Below are positions 39,889 to 49,405 of a stretch of DNA of 64,000 nucleotides, piece by piece. This DNA is from Candidatus Pampinifervens sinense. Its GTDB lineage: Bacteria > Aquificota > Aquificia > Aquificales > Aquificaceae. The translations under genes were made by a program, and so were the position numbers. The first letter of the stretch is position 1. Every line of letters starts with the position of its first letter. The stretch lies in NCBI GenBank assembly GCA_037927135.1, contig JAXSPP010000001.1, positions 256,001-320,000 on the forward strand, read 5' to 3'. Below the pieces are notes generated by a model. That model did not search any database, was not told where the DNA came from, and worked only from the letters and a program-made list of their open reading frames with translations.

Positions 39889-40575
39889 CTATTTTTCTGT
39901 TTTAAGCCAATCATAAAACAAAGATATAAATATGCTTAAAAGAAAGGCGGAAAAAGTGGAAAGAAAGACTATTTTAAACCTTTTGGGAGAATATGGCTCG
40001 TAGGGCGTTTCTGGCATGCTGGTGATTATAAGATAGTTAATATCTTTGCCCGGTGAGTAAAGCTGGTTGATTCTATTGTTTACTTCTTTTATGAGGGCAA
40101 GGTTAAACTTGGCTGCAACCTCGGGAGAAGAGTGAATTACTTCAATCTTTATGCTTCCATCCTTTTTATCAACATCTGCTTTTATCTTAAATTCTTTTTC
40201 AAGTTGCTCTAAAGGCGATTTATACTTGAAAGAATTATAAAGGCCTAAGGATTTTAAAACAGAGATGGCTACATCTTCACTGTTGAAGTAGGGTAGTATA
40301 ATGTTTGTATTGACTTCAACGTTAAGGTTTATAATAGTGTTATTGCTATATTCTTTAAGGATGTCTTTTAGCCTACTTATTCCCACCTTTTTAAACTCCA
40401 TTAAATTTGGAACCACACTTGACTGAGATTTGTATTTGGGTTTAATCATATTTACCACCACCGTAGAAGCTATGAAAGCAAAGACGGTAAAAATTAATAT
40501 AAAGGCCTTATACTTCCAAAGCTTTAATAAGAGTTCTCTTAGGTCTATCTCTTCGTTTAGGTTTTTTCCCTCCAT
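39889..40575 (-). CDS. wzz: Wzz-family polysaccharide chain-length determinant
   Basis: [17 protein letters not shown]-terminus, two TM segments, Pro-rich PYEPYSPKR before TM2. Confidence 0.82.
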   Translation of the reverse strand: MEGKNLNEEIDLRELLLKLWKYKAFILIFTVFAFIASTVVVNMIKPKYKSQSSVVPNLMEFKKVGISRLKDILKEYSNNTIINLNVEVNTNIILPYFNSEDVAISVLKSLGLYNSFKYKSPLEQLEKEFKIKADVDKKDGSIKIEVIHSSPEVAAKFNLALIKEVNNRINQLYSPGKDINYLIITSMPETPYEPYSPKRFKIVFLSTFSAFLLSIFISLFYDWLKTEK

Positions 40576-40620
40576 GGTTGATAGATATTATAAAGCACTC
40601 CTACCTTATAATTTTACTCC

Positions 40621-42399
40621 ATGTGTGGAATAATAGGCTATGTGGGGTCCAATCCTGCCCTTTTGGTGCTACTGCAGGGGCTTGAGAGGCTTGAGTATAG
40701 AGGGTATGATTCTGCCGGTGTGGCTCTCATAGAGAACGGGAGCCTCTATGTGGAGAAGAAGGTGGGAAAGATAAGGGAGCTGGTGAGAAGCCTGTGGGGG
40801 AAGGAGCTGAAGGCTGTGGCTGGCATAGGGCATACCAGATGGGCTACCCATGGTGAGGTCTGCGAGCTAAACGCTCATCCTCACACAGATAATAGGGGGG
40901 AGTTTGCCGTTGTACACAACGGCATTATAGAAAACTACAGAGAGCTAAAGGAGGAGTTAGAAAGGCAAGGTGTGGAGTATAGGTCCCAGACGGACACGGA
41001 GGCCATAGTGCATCTTATAGCCCTAAATTACGATGGGGACCTCCTTAGGACGGTTTTAAAAGTTATAAAAAGGCTAAAGGGAGCTTACGCCTTTGCCGTC
41101 ATATCCACAAAGGAGCCAAACAGGATTGTGGCCGTAAGGTATGGAAGCCCTCTGGTGGTGGGTGTGGGAAAGGGTGAAAACTTTATAGCCTCGGACATAC
41201 CAGCCCTCTTGCCCTTTACAAGGACCGTTATACCCTTGGGGGATGGTGAGGTGGTAGATTTAAGGCCCGATGGCTTCTTTATATACGATTTTGAGGGGAA
41301 CCTACTTACAAAGGAAGTCATGCATATCGCTTGGGATGTTATCTCTGCAGAGAAGGGAGGCTTTAAGCATTTTATGCTAAAGGAGATCTTTGAACAGCCA
41401 AGGACCTTAGGAGATACCATAAAAGGCTACATATCCAGAGATTATGAGATGCCCATAAACCTTAAGGATTTTAGGCGTGTGCTTGTGGTGGCCTGCGGCA
41501 CCTCCTACCATGCGGGCCTTGTAGGAAAGTATTGGATTGAGAAGTATGCCAAGGTGCCGGTGGAGGTGGTTTATGCCTCTGAACTAAGATACTCGGACAG
41601 CCCTGTGGACGAGAGGGACTTAGTGCTTGCCATATCTCAGTCGGGTGAGACTGCGGACACGAGGTTTTCTGCCCTTGCCATGAAGGAAAGGGGTGCCACT
41701 CTTTTGTCCATAGTGAACGTGATAGGGAGCGCCCTTGACAGGGAGTCGGATTACACCCTTTATACCCATGCTGGTCCAGAGATAGGCGTGGCGGCTACAA
41801 AGACCTTTACGGCCCAGTTGGCCGTGCTTTATGCCCTTGCCATAAGCCACTCGGAAGAAAGACAAAGCCTGATGGACGGCCTTTTAAAGGTGCCACACCT
41901 TGTGGAAGAGGTGCTATCCGATGCGGAGGCAATAAGAAGCTTAGCTCTAAAGTATGCCGATTACAAGAATGTGCTTTATCTGGGTAGGTATTTGAGCTAT
42001 CCCGTTGCCCTTGAGGGGGCTTTAAAGCTCAAAGAGATCTCCTACATACACGCTGAGGGCTACCCTGCGGGGGAGATGAAGCATGGGCCCATAGCCCTTA
42101 TAGATGAAAAGACTCCTACGGTAGCTGTGGCACCAAAGGACAGGGTCTATGAAAAGATCCTTTCCAACATAGAGGAGGTTTTGGCAAGAAAGGGGAAGGT
42201 CTTGGGAGTGGGCTTTAAGGGTGATGAAAACCTCAAAAGGCTTTGCACAGACATCATAGAAGTTCCTCCCATTGAAGAGGATCTCACTCCCTTCTTGACC
42301 GTAGTGCCTCTGCAACTCTTTGCTTACTACATAGCGGACTACCTTGGCCTTGATGTGGACCAGCCAAGGAACTTGGCAAAGACGGTCACCGTTGAGTAA
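40621..42399 (+). CDS. glmS: Glutamine-fructose-6-phosphate aminotransferase
   Basis: MCGIIG, GHTRWATHG, SQSGETAD, PRNLAKTVTVE motifs. Confidence 0.98.
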   Translation: MCGIIGYVGSNPALLVLLQGLERLEYRGYDSAGVALIENGSLYVEKKVGKIRELVRSLWGKELKAVAGIGHTRWATHGEVCELNAHPHTDNRGEFAVVHNGIIENYRELKEELERQGVEYRSQTDTEAIVHLIALNYDGDLLRTVLKVIKRLKGAYAFAVISTKEPNRIVAVRYGSPLVVGVGKGENFIASDIPALLPFTRTVIPLGDGEVVDLRPDGFFIYDFEGNLLTKEVMHIAWDVISAEKGGFKHFMLKEIFEQPRTLGDTIKGYISRDYEMPINLKDFRRVLVVACGTSYHAGLVGKYWIEKYAKVPVEVVYASELRYSDSPVDERDLVLAISQSGETADTRFSALAMKERGATLLSIVNVIGSALDRESDYTLYTHAGPEIGVAATKTFTAQLAVLYALAISHSEERQSLMDGLLKVPHLVEEVLSDAEAIRSLALKYADYKNVLYLGRYLSYPVALEGALKLKEISYIHAEGYPAGEMKHGPIALIDEKTPTVAVAPKDRVYEKILSNIEEVLARKGKVLGVGFKGDENLKRLCTDIIEVPPIEEDLTPFLTVVPLQLFAYYIADYLGLDVDQPRNLAKTVTVE

Positions 42400-42401
42400 A
42401 T

Positions 42402-42827
42402 CTAAGGAACATAGAGGCCCGGGTAGGATCCTATTAGCTTTCCCTTCTCGTCAAAGAGGTAGGTGGAAGGCAAAAAGGTTATGGGAAAGTGGTCGTTGAA
42501 GCGCACCTCCGTATCAATAAGCGTGATAAACTTTGGCTCAATCCCTATGTCCTTGTAGCTCTTTATCACATCCTCTCTTTCCATGGCTACAGCGTAGGAG
42601 ATGATGGTGTAATCTTTCTTCTCTTCTGTAATCTGGTTTAGCCTTCTTAGATCCTTTGAGTGGCCGGCGCAGGTCCTACTCCACACATAAAGGAGCACCT
42701 TTTTGCCCTTATAGTCCGAAAGGTAGACCTTTTTGCCCTCAAGGGTCTTCACCTCTATTTTGGGAAGAGTGTCCTTGGAACAAGATATAAAAAGGAGGGA
42801 GAGGAGAAGGAGCAAATACTTAAACAC
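42402..42827 (-). CDS. TlpA/ResA-like thioredoxin-fold lipoprotein with CxxH motif
   Basis: Lipobox FISC, LSDYKGKKVLLYVWSRTCAGH, cis-Pro motif LPSTYLFD; likely GTG start at 42827. Confidence 0.8.
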   Translation of the reverse strand: MFKYLLLLLSLLFISCSKDTLPKIEVKTLEGKKVYLSDYKGKKVLLYVWSRTCAGHSKDLRRLNQITEEKKDYTIISYAVAMEREDVIKSYKDIGIEPKFITLIDTEVRFNDHFPITFLPSTYLFDEKGKLIGSYPGLYVP

Positions 42828-44049
42828 GGGCAAGGATCTTTTCTTTGAAGTCTGCAAGGGTTGGCTTTATGTGAATGGTCTCCTTAAGGTGGTTGTCTAA
42901 GACCTCCATGGTTTTGTAGCCGTTGCCTGTAATGTAGACTACCACCACCTCATCCCTTCTGAAGGCACCCCTTTGAGCAAGCTTTTTAAGCACCGCAATG
43001 GTGGTGCCACCTGCTGTTTCTGTAAATATGCCTTCCGTCTCCGCAAGGAGCTTTATGCCTTCTATGATCTCCTCATCGGTGGCCGTCTCCCAATCTCCTT
43101 TGCTTTCCTTTGTTGCTTGAAGGGCGTATATGCCGTCGGCCGGATTTCCTATGGCTATGGACTTGGCTATGGTGTTGGGCTTTACAGGCTTTATAAAGTC
43201 CCTTCCTTCCTTCCATGCCTGAGCTATGGGAGAGCATCCCTCCGCCTGGGCACCGTAGACCCTTGTCTTTACCTCATCTATTAGGCCCACCATGGCCATC
43301 TCCTTTAGGCCCTTCCATATTTTGGTGATAAGAGAGCCTGAAGCTGCTGGTGCTACCACCGCATCCGGTGCTCTCCAACCTAGCTGTTCCACCACCTCAA
43401 AGGCTAGGGTTTTTGAACCTTCCGCATAGAAGGGCCTTATGTTTATGTTGACAAAGGCCCAAGGAAGCTCATTGGCTATCTCTGAGCATAGCCTGTTTAC
43501 ATCGTCGTAAGTGCCTTCCACAGCCACCACGGTGGGAGCAAAAACTAAGCTTCCGTATATCTTTTGGGACTCAAGGTTTGCTGGGATAAAGACAAAGCAG
43601 TTCAGACCTGCCTGTGCGGAGAGGCTTGCTACCGAGTTGGCAAGGTTTCCAGTGGATGCACATGCTGTAGTATCAAAACCAAACTCTATGGCCTTGGATA
43701 TGGCAACGGAGACTACCCTGTCTTTGAAAGAGAGGGTGGGATGGTTTACCGAATCGTCCTTTATGTAAAGGTTTTCAAGGCCCAAAAGCTTTCCAAGGTT
43801 TTCCGCCTTTTTCAGCGGTGTAAAGCCCGCGTGAAAGCCCACCCTTGGCTCTTCCACGGGTAAAAGGTCTATATACCGCCATAGGCTCTTTGGACCTTCC
43901 TCTATCTTCTTCCTGCTTATGTTCTTCTTTATCTCCTCATAGTCGTACTTGACCTCAAGAGGGCCAAAGCAGTATTCACATACATGGATAGGCTCTATGG
44001 GGTACTCTCTTCCGCACTCCCTACACTTGAGAGCCAGGGCCTTTGCCAT
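42820..44049 (-). CDS. thrC: Threonine synthase (PLP-dependent) with N-terminal Zn-ribbon
   Basis: PTLSFKDR, ASTGNLA, EGSKTL, ITGNGYK motifs. Confidence 0.85.
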   Translation of the reverse strand: MAKALALKCRECGREYPIEPIHVCEYCFGPLEVKYDYEEIKKNISRKKIEEGPKSLWRYIDLLPVEEPRVGFHAGFTPLKKAENLGKLLGLENLYIKDDSVNHPTLSFKDRVVSVAISKAIEFGFDTTACASTGNLANSVASLSAQAGLNCFVFIPANLESQKIYGSLVFAPTVVAVEGTYDDVNRLCSEIANELPWAFVNINIRPFYAEGSKTLAFEVVEQLGWRAPDAVVAPAASGSLITKIWKGLKEMAMVGLIDEVKTRVYGAQAEGCSPIAQAWKEGRDFIKPVKPNTIAKSIAIGNPADGIYALQATKESKGDWETATDEEIIEGIKLLAETEGIFTETAGGTTIAVLKKLAQRGAFRRDEVVVVYITGNGYKTMEVLDNHLKETIHIKPTLADFKEKILARV

Positions 44050-44100
44050 TCTACCACCTCCAAAAGAATCTGGAAAGAATTAAGATTATAATATATGCCA

Positions 44101-44505
44101 CTACTTAATAAGTCCAAAAAGCTTTGCTATAAACTCCAGGGTCTCCTTGTTTAAAAAGATTATGGCAAATAGGAGGATTAAAAACAAGATGGTGAATTTT
44201 CTGTCAAGCTTAAGGATTTCATTTTCTATCTTTGCTTCAAGCTCTGTTTTTAAGGTCCTCATCTCCTGCCTTAAGGCCTCTATTTCTTGCTTTATTAGCC
44301 TTATCTCTCCATAAAACTCCGCCTTTGTTATAAGCTCTTTCGTAAGCTCCTCTTTTAACTCTAACTTTTTCTGTATTGCTACTTCTTTGGCTTTATCTTC
44401 TATACTTTCCAAAGCAATCTCAATGGCCTCTGCCACTTTTTTAGCTTCTTCCTTTCCAAGTTTTTCTTCCAACAGCTGTAATACTTCAACGGTCAAGTGT
44501 GGCAT
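44101..44505 (-). CDS. Membrane-anchored coiled-coil protein (CCDC90/DUF1640-like), copy A
   Basis: Head, ITKAEF neck, heptad stalk, C-terminal TM; ATG 44505. Confidence 0.72.
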   Translation of the reverse strand: MPHLTVEVLQLLEEKLGKEEAKKVAEAIEIALESIEDKAKEVAIQKKLELKEELTKELITKAEFYGEIRLIKQEIEALRQEMRTLKTELEAKIENEILKLDRKFTILFLILLFAIIFLNKETLEFIAKLFGLIK

Positions 44506-44568
44506 AGTTAAAATTTTAGACAAAAAACCTATTAATGGCAAGGAATAGCGGTTTATAATATATGCTAA

Positions 44569-45843
44569 ATGAAAAACAGGGAACTCTTTGAGAAGGCAAG
44601 GTCTCTTATGCCGGGGGGCGTCAGCTCCCCTGTGAGAGCCTTTAAGGCTGTAGGTGGGGACCCTATCATAGTCTCAAGGGCAAAAGGCTCAAGGCTTTGG
44701 GATGTGGAAGGAAAGGAATATATAGACTTTCTCATGTCTTGGGGCCCTCTCATCTTAGGCCATGCCCATCCCAAAGTTGTGGAAGCGGTAAAAGAACAAT
44801 CTCAAAAGGGGCTTTCCTATGGCCTTACAAATCCTTATGAGATAGAGCTTGCGGAGCTTGTGGCCTCTTGCATGCCCTCTGTGGAGATGGTAAGGTTTGT
44901 CTCTTCTGGCACGGAGGCCACCATGTCCGCCATAAGACTGGCAAGGGGCTATACGGGCAAAAAATATGTGGTGAAGTTTGAAGGCTGTTATCATGGGCAT
45001 GGTGATGCCCTTTTGGTGAGTGCTGGGTCTGGTGTGGCCACCCTTGGCATTCCGGGAACTCCGGGAGTGCCGGAAGAGGTAGCAAGGCTCACTCTTGTGA
45101 TACCCTATAACAACACAGAGGCCTTAGAAGAGGTCTTTAAAAGGTATGGGGAAGATATAGCCTGCGTGATAGTGGAGCCTGTGGCTGGGAATATGGGTGT
45201 GGTCCTTCCAAAGCCGGGCTTTTTGGAGGCCATAAGGGACCTAACTAAAAGGTATGGTGCTCTATTTATCTGCGATGAGGTCATTACCAACTTTAGGCTT
45301 TCTAAGGGTGGGGCCCAAGAGGTTTTTAACGTAGAGCCGGATATTACATGTATGGGGAAAATACTTGGTGGTGGTATGCCCTTGGGAGCATACGGTGGAA
45401 GAAGGGAGATTATGGAGAAGGTGGCACCAGAGGGGCCTATCTATCAGGCAGGGACACTTTCGGGCAATCCCCTTTCCATGGTGGCTGGCCTTGCCACCAT
45501 AAGGGAGCTTCTAAGCCTTGACCCATACCAAGAGCTAGAAAGGCTAACAAGGAAGCTCACAGATGGCATCTCCAAAATATTATCGGACAAAGGCATAGCC
45601 CACCGCATAAACCAGATAGCCTCCATGTTTACAGTCTTCTTTACAGACAGAGAGGTCTATGACTATGAAAGTGCAAAAAGCTCAAATACAGAGCTCTTTG
45701 GAAGGTTCTTTAGGGCCCTGCTGAAGGAAGGTGTTCTCATACCACCCTCTCAGTTTGAGGCATGGTTTTTAAGCACGGCTCACCAAGAGGAAGATATTGA
45801 CCTTACCCTTGAGAGGATAGATAGGGCAATAAGGTCACTTTAA
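44569..45843 (+). CDS. hemL: Glutamate-1-semialdehyde 2,1-aminomutase
   Basis: PGGVSSPVRAF, SGTEATM, GCYHGH, DEVIT, GKILGGG, GTLSGNP motifs. Confidence 0.97.
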   Translation: MKNRELFEKARSLMPGGVSSPVRAFKAVGGDPIIVSRAKGSRLWDVEGKEYIDFLMSWGPLILGHAHPKVVEAVKEQSQKGLSYGLTNPYEIELAELVASCMPSVEMVRFVSSGTEATMSAIRLARGYTGKKYVVKFEGCYHGHGDALLVSAGSGVATLGIPGTPGVPEEVARLTLVIPYNNTEALEEVFKRYGEDIACVIVEPVAGNMGVVLPKPGFLEAIRDLTKRYGALFICDEVITNFRLSKGGAQEVFNVEPDITCMGKILGGGMPLGAYGGRREIMEKVAPEGPIYQAGTLSGNPLSMVAGLATIRELLSLDPYQELERLTRKLTDGISKILSDKGIAHRINQIASMFTVFFTDREVYDYESAKSSNTELFGRFFRALLKEGVLIPPSQFEAWFLSTAHQEEDIDLTLERIDRAIRSL

Positions 45844-47487
45844 TAGCTCAGAATAGACATAGTAGTTGTAAAGCACCCTCTTCACATAGTTTCTAGTTTC
45901 CGCTATTGGCACCGTTTCTATAAAGAGATAGACATCTTCTGTGCTGTTCCAGTCTTTCACCCTTGTGGGGCCGGCGTTGTAGCTGGCAAGGGCCCTAACT
46001 AAGTCTCCATTCCACATATCAAGCAGATATCTAAGGTAGGCCACTCCTAAAAGTATGTTGGTCTCCGGATGAAAGAGGTTTTTTATCCTTATTCCCTCCC
46101 TTCTTGCCACATACTGGGCTGTGCCATCTAGGAGTTGCATAAGGCCCTTGGCGCCCGCGACGGAGATTGCATAGGTGTCAAAGAGGCTCTCCTGCCTCAT
46201 AACCGCGTATATTAAAGCTGGACTAATGCCGTAGGTGTTAGAAGCCCTTTCTACTATATCCCAATAGGGCTTTGGAAAGGCTACCGCACTGTATACAAGG
46301 CTGCCATAGCCGTATTTTCTAGTGGCAAGCCTGATGGCAAGGTAGGTGTCAAGCTTTGATAGGGCAAGGATATCGGAGGAGGTCATCTCCCTTATCCTTT
46401 TGAAGGCCTCAAGCCTTGCATACTCTGGAAAGCCGGCAAGCCATATTGCCCTTATAATACTCGCAGTTTTTGGAAAGCTCTCATCCTCCATCACCACCCT
46501 CATGGCCTTGCTGGCTACAGGAAGGCCAAGCATGGCGCTGGATACCGCATAGTAAAAGCCATTTCCATTGGATGCCTTTATAAGATACTCGTTGGCTCTC
46601 TCTTTGTCTATCATAAAGGCGCTCTTGTAGGCCCAAAAGTAGCTGGCAGACCTCTCTTCCTTATCCCTTGTGTATTCCAAGGATCTAAGGAAGCTCTCAA
46701 GGGCTTTTGAATAGTCCCCTAAGGCATAGTAAGAAAGCCCTAAGTTAAACTCCCTCCTATAAGATGGTTCCATGCGAGAAAGGTAATCAATAGCACACCC
46801 ATAGTTCTCCCTTGTCAAACACTGCCTACCCATTCTAAAAAGGGCATCGGACAAAAGCCTTTTATCTTGAAGTGTAGAAAGTATCCTTTCGCTTTGATCT
46901 TTTTGGCCTAGCTCAAAGTAGAGGACCGCAAGGTCCGCCTTTGCCCTTTCATCTTCACATCTTTCAAAGACCTCTAAAGCCTTCTCCCTTTCCCTAAGAG
47001 ATAGATAAGACCTTCCAAGCATGTAGCATACTTTACTCAATTCCAAAGGCTCTAAAAGGCTTATCACTTCTTTGTAATACCTTCTTCTGAAGAGCTCTTC
47101 CGAGGCACTTAGGGCCTCCTCTGGGTTAAGCCTTAGCTGTGGTATAAACTCTCTGAAAAGCACAGGGTGCTTTAAAAAGCCCTCCCTTGGGTCAAGGCCA
47201 AACTCCTTCCAAAGATTGATATATTCTTCTCTGTATTGTGGGCTCAAATTCTTCGGATTTATATCCTTAATTAGCCTTTTGGCCTCTTCCTCCCTTCCCT
47301 TAGACTTTTCCAGCTTTGCCAAAAGGAGCATAAGGTCATCTTTAAAGACTGCATCGGGGTAATCCTTTAGTATCCTGTAGGCTATGGAAGGGTCTGAGGT
47401 CTGTTTGAATTGAATAAGAAACTCATACTCTTTTGGAAGTTGGGCCAAAGCGTAAAGGAAGGCAAAGAGTAAAAGCAGTATGGACAT
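45835..47487 (-). CDS. Slt70-like soluble lytic transglycosylase with TPR region
   Basis: RQES, GLMQL, SYNAG, ETRNYVKRV motifs; signal peptide. Confidence 0.92.
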   Translation of the reverse strand: MSILLLLFAFLYALAQLPKEYEFLIQFKQTSDPSIAYRILKDYPDAVFKDDLMLLLAKLEKSKGREEEAKRLIKDINPKNLSPQYREEYINLWKEFGLDPREGFLKHPVLFREFIPQLRLNPEEALSASEELFRRRYYKEVISLLEPLELSKVCYMLGRSYLSLREREKALEVFERCEDERAKADLAVLYFELGQKDQSERILSTLQDKRLLSDALFRMGRQCLTRENYGCAIDYLSRMEPSYRREFNLGLSYYALGDYSKALESFLRSLEYTRDKEERSASYFWAYKSAFMIDKERANEYLIKASNGNGFYYAVSSAMLGLPVASKAMRVVMEDESFPKTASIIRAIWLAGFPEYARLEAFKRIREMTSSDILALSKLDTYLAIRLATRKYGYGSLVYSAVAFPKPYWDIVERASNTYGISPALIYAVMRQESLFDTYAISVAGAKGLMQLLDGTAQYVARREGIRIKNLFHPETNILLGVAYLRYLLDMWNGDLVRALASYNAGPTRVKDWNSTEDVYLFIETVPIAETRNYVKRVLYNYYVYSELLK

Positions 47488-47488
47488 G

Positions 47489-47896
47489 CTATCTTATGTA
47501 GATGATTATGAGGAGTATGAGGATGCTCAAAAGCAGGTTTATGCCTATGAGGTTGGGAATGTGGGAAAGCTTACCTCTTCTAAATAGGAGAAAGTAAATG
47601 TAGGAAAAGACTATAACCATAAGGCCAAAGAGGAAAAGCTTTATGTGAAAGAGAGGATTGTCCGAAAAATCCTTTCTGTAGCCATGCCATAGGCCCATGC
47701 CGGTGAGGAAAAGCACAAGTATGGAAAGCCAAACGGCCAGGAAAAACCTATGGAATACCTGTTTTAAAAACTTACCTCTTTGCTCTTCTTGTGTTATCTC
47801 TTTTAAAGAAGGCCTCAAAAAGAGCAGGCTGTATATCATTCCCCCTATCCACACTATAGCAAAGAAAAGGTGCAGGAAAAGAAGGCTCTTAATCAT
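47489..47896 (-). CDS. CopD/DUF4149-like four-TM membrane protein
   Basis: LHLFFAIVWIGGMIY and HIKL motifs; ATG 47896. Confidence 0.7.
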   Translation of the reverse strand: MIKSLLFLHLFFAIVWIGGMIYSLLFLRPSLKEITQEEQRGKFLKQVFHRFFLAVWLSILVLFLTGMGLWHGYRKDFSDNPLFHIKLFLFGLMVIVFSYIYFLLFRRGKLSHIPNLIGINLLLSILILLIIIYIR

Positions 47897-48119
47897 TGTT
47901 TGCACTCTTTTTAATCTTTATAACTTGCACCTTACCTTGGGCTATGTCTTCTATGGCTTGGAAGGTCTTTTTTATTAGCTCACCTCTTGCTCTGTCTCTG
48001 ATGAATATATCATCTCCCCTTTCAAGGAGCTGTTTTACCCTCTTTGCCGCCGCATGCACAAGCTCATACCTAGAAGATACCTTTTTAAGAGCCTCTTCTA
48101 TATTTGGCCTCCTGCTCAT
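47889..48119 (-). CDS. rpoZ: RNA polymerase omega subunit
   Basis: SRYELVHAAAKRVKQL...AIEDIAQGK; strong SD. Confidence 0.93.
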   Translation of the reverse strand: MSRRPNIEEALKKVSSRYELVHAAAKRVKQLLERGDDIFIRDRARGELIKKTFQAIEDIAQGKVQVIKIKKSANND

Positions 48120-48135
48120 ACCAAGACCTCCTCTA

Positions 48136-49395
48136 TTATATTATAAGCACCTTGTATTCTGCCTTCTCATGTAAAGATTTTAACCTCTCAGGAAGCCTTG
48201 AGAGCTCCTCCATAAACACTTCTCTTATCTCCTTAAGGCTTGGGAGCCTCTTTATAAGGCTTCCTTCCTTGCATACCATCTCCACAAGGCCCCCTTCCCT
48301 GTAAGGCACCACCTCATCGTAGGCCATAAGGCCATCCTGGTAGTGTCTTATTACCTGTCTCTTGTATGGAAAGGTGGCCTTTCCTGGGCTTAGCTTAAAC
48401 TTGGGCTTTCCCTCATACTCTACAAGCTTGTAGGCTATGTCCAGATAGGGTGCGTCTGAAGAGGTCAAAAGCTTTGTGCCTACACCAAAGGCATCTATGG
48501 GCGCAGACCTGGAGAGCCACCTGTCTATATCCATCTCATCCACCCCTCCGCTGACAAGGATCTTCACATCCCTAAAGCCTTCCCTATCAAAAATCTCCCT
48601 CACCTCTTTGCTTAGCTCCTCCACATCCCCGCTGTCAATGCGTACACCAACTACTTTTATGCCTTCCTTCATAAGCCTTAGGGCCTTCTTTGCCCCCTCA
48701 ATGGTGTTATAGGTATCTATGAGAAGCACCGTCCTGTCTGGAAAGCTCTTGGCAAAGGCCCTAAAGGCCTCTTCCTCCTCTTCAAAGACCATGACAAAGG
48801 AGTGGGCCATGGTTCCAAAGACTGGGATGGAGTACTTCATGCCCGCAAAGAGGTTGGAAGTGCCAGAAAAGCCCGTTATGTAGGTTGCCCTTGCCGCATA
48901 AAGGCCCGCATCAAGGCCATGGGCCCTCCTCAGACCAAAGTCCACAAGGCCCTTCCCCCTTCCAGCTATATAGCATCTTGCTGCCTTTGAAGCTACAAGA
49001 GTGTTGTAGTGTATAAGGTTTATAACAATGGTCTCAAGTATCTGCACATCGGGCAAAGAACCCTCCAGCTGAACTATAGGTTCATTCTGGAATATGATCC
49101 TTCCTTCGCCTATTGCGTAGAGGTTTGACCTAAAGCTATACTCTTTTAAATAGTCTAAAAACCAATCTTTGAAGATGCCAAGGGATTTGAGGTATTTTAG
49201 CTCTTCATCGCCAAAGCGAAACTCTGATAGGGCTTCAAGGAGAGGTTCAAGCCCGCAGGAGACCAAAAAGTTCCTGTTTTCTGGAAGCTTTCTGACAAAG
49301 AGGCTAAAGACTGCCCTGCCAGTCTTTCCTATCTCAAGGTATGTTTGGGCCATGGTAAGCTCGTAGAGGTCTGTAAAAAGGGACTTAAAGGGCAT
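48136..49395 (-). CDS. pncB: Nicotinate phosphoribosyltransferase
   Basis: TDLYELTM, DFGLRR, GTMAHS, LIDTY, RIDSGD, FGVGT motifs. Confidence 0.95.
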   Translation of the reverse strand: MPFKSLFTDLYELTMAQTYLEIGKTGRAVFSLFVRKLPENRNFLVSCGLEPLLEALSEFRFGDEELKYLKSLGIFKDWFLDYLKEYSFRSNLYAIGEGRIIFQNEPIVQLEGSLPDVQILETIVINLIHYNTLVASKAARCYIAGRGKGLVDFGLRRAHGLDAGLYAARATYITGFSGTSNLFAGMKYSIPVFGTMAHSFVMVFEEEEEAFRAFAKSFPDRTVLLIDTYNTIEGAKKALRLMKEGIKVVGVRIDSGDVEELSKEVREIFDREGFRDVKILVSGGVDEMDIDRWLSRSAPIDAFGVGTKLLTSSDAPYLDIAYKLVEYEGKPKFKLSPGKATFPYKRQVIRHYQDGLMAYDEVVPYREGGLVEMVCKEGSLIKRLPSLKEIREVFMEELSRLPERLKSLHEKAEYKVLII

Positions 49396-49405
49396 GAATA
49401 CTATT

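Noticed and set aside
40576-40620. Possible glmS ribozyme
   Set aside because: Only 45 bp of intergenic DNA, with a -10 box 8 nt before the ATG; there is no room.
7909-45843. Tail-to-tail gene overlaps (7909-12, 13597-600, 18085-90, 20656-65, 24333-61, 45835-43)
   Set aside because: Expected in very compact genomes; nothing indicates a specific antisense system.
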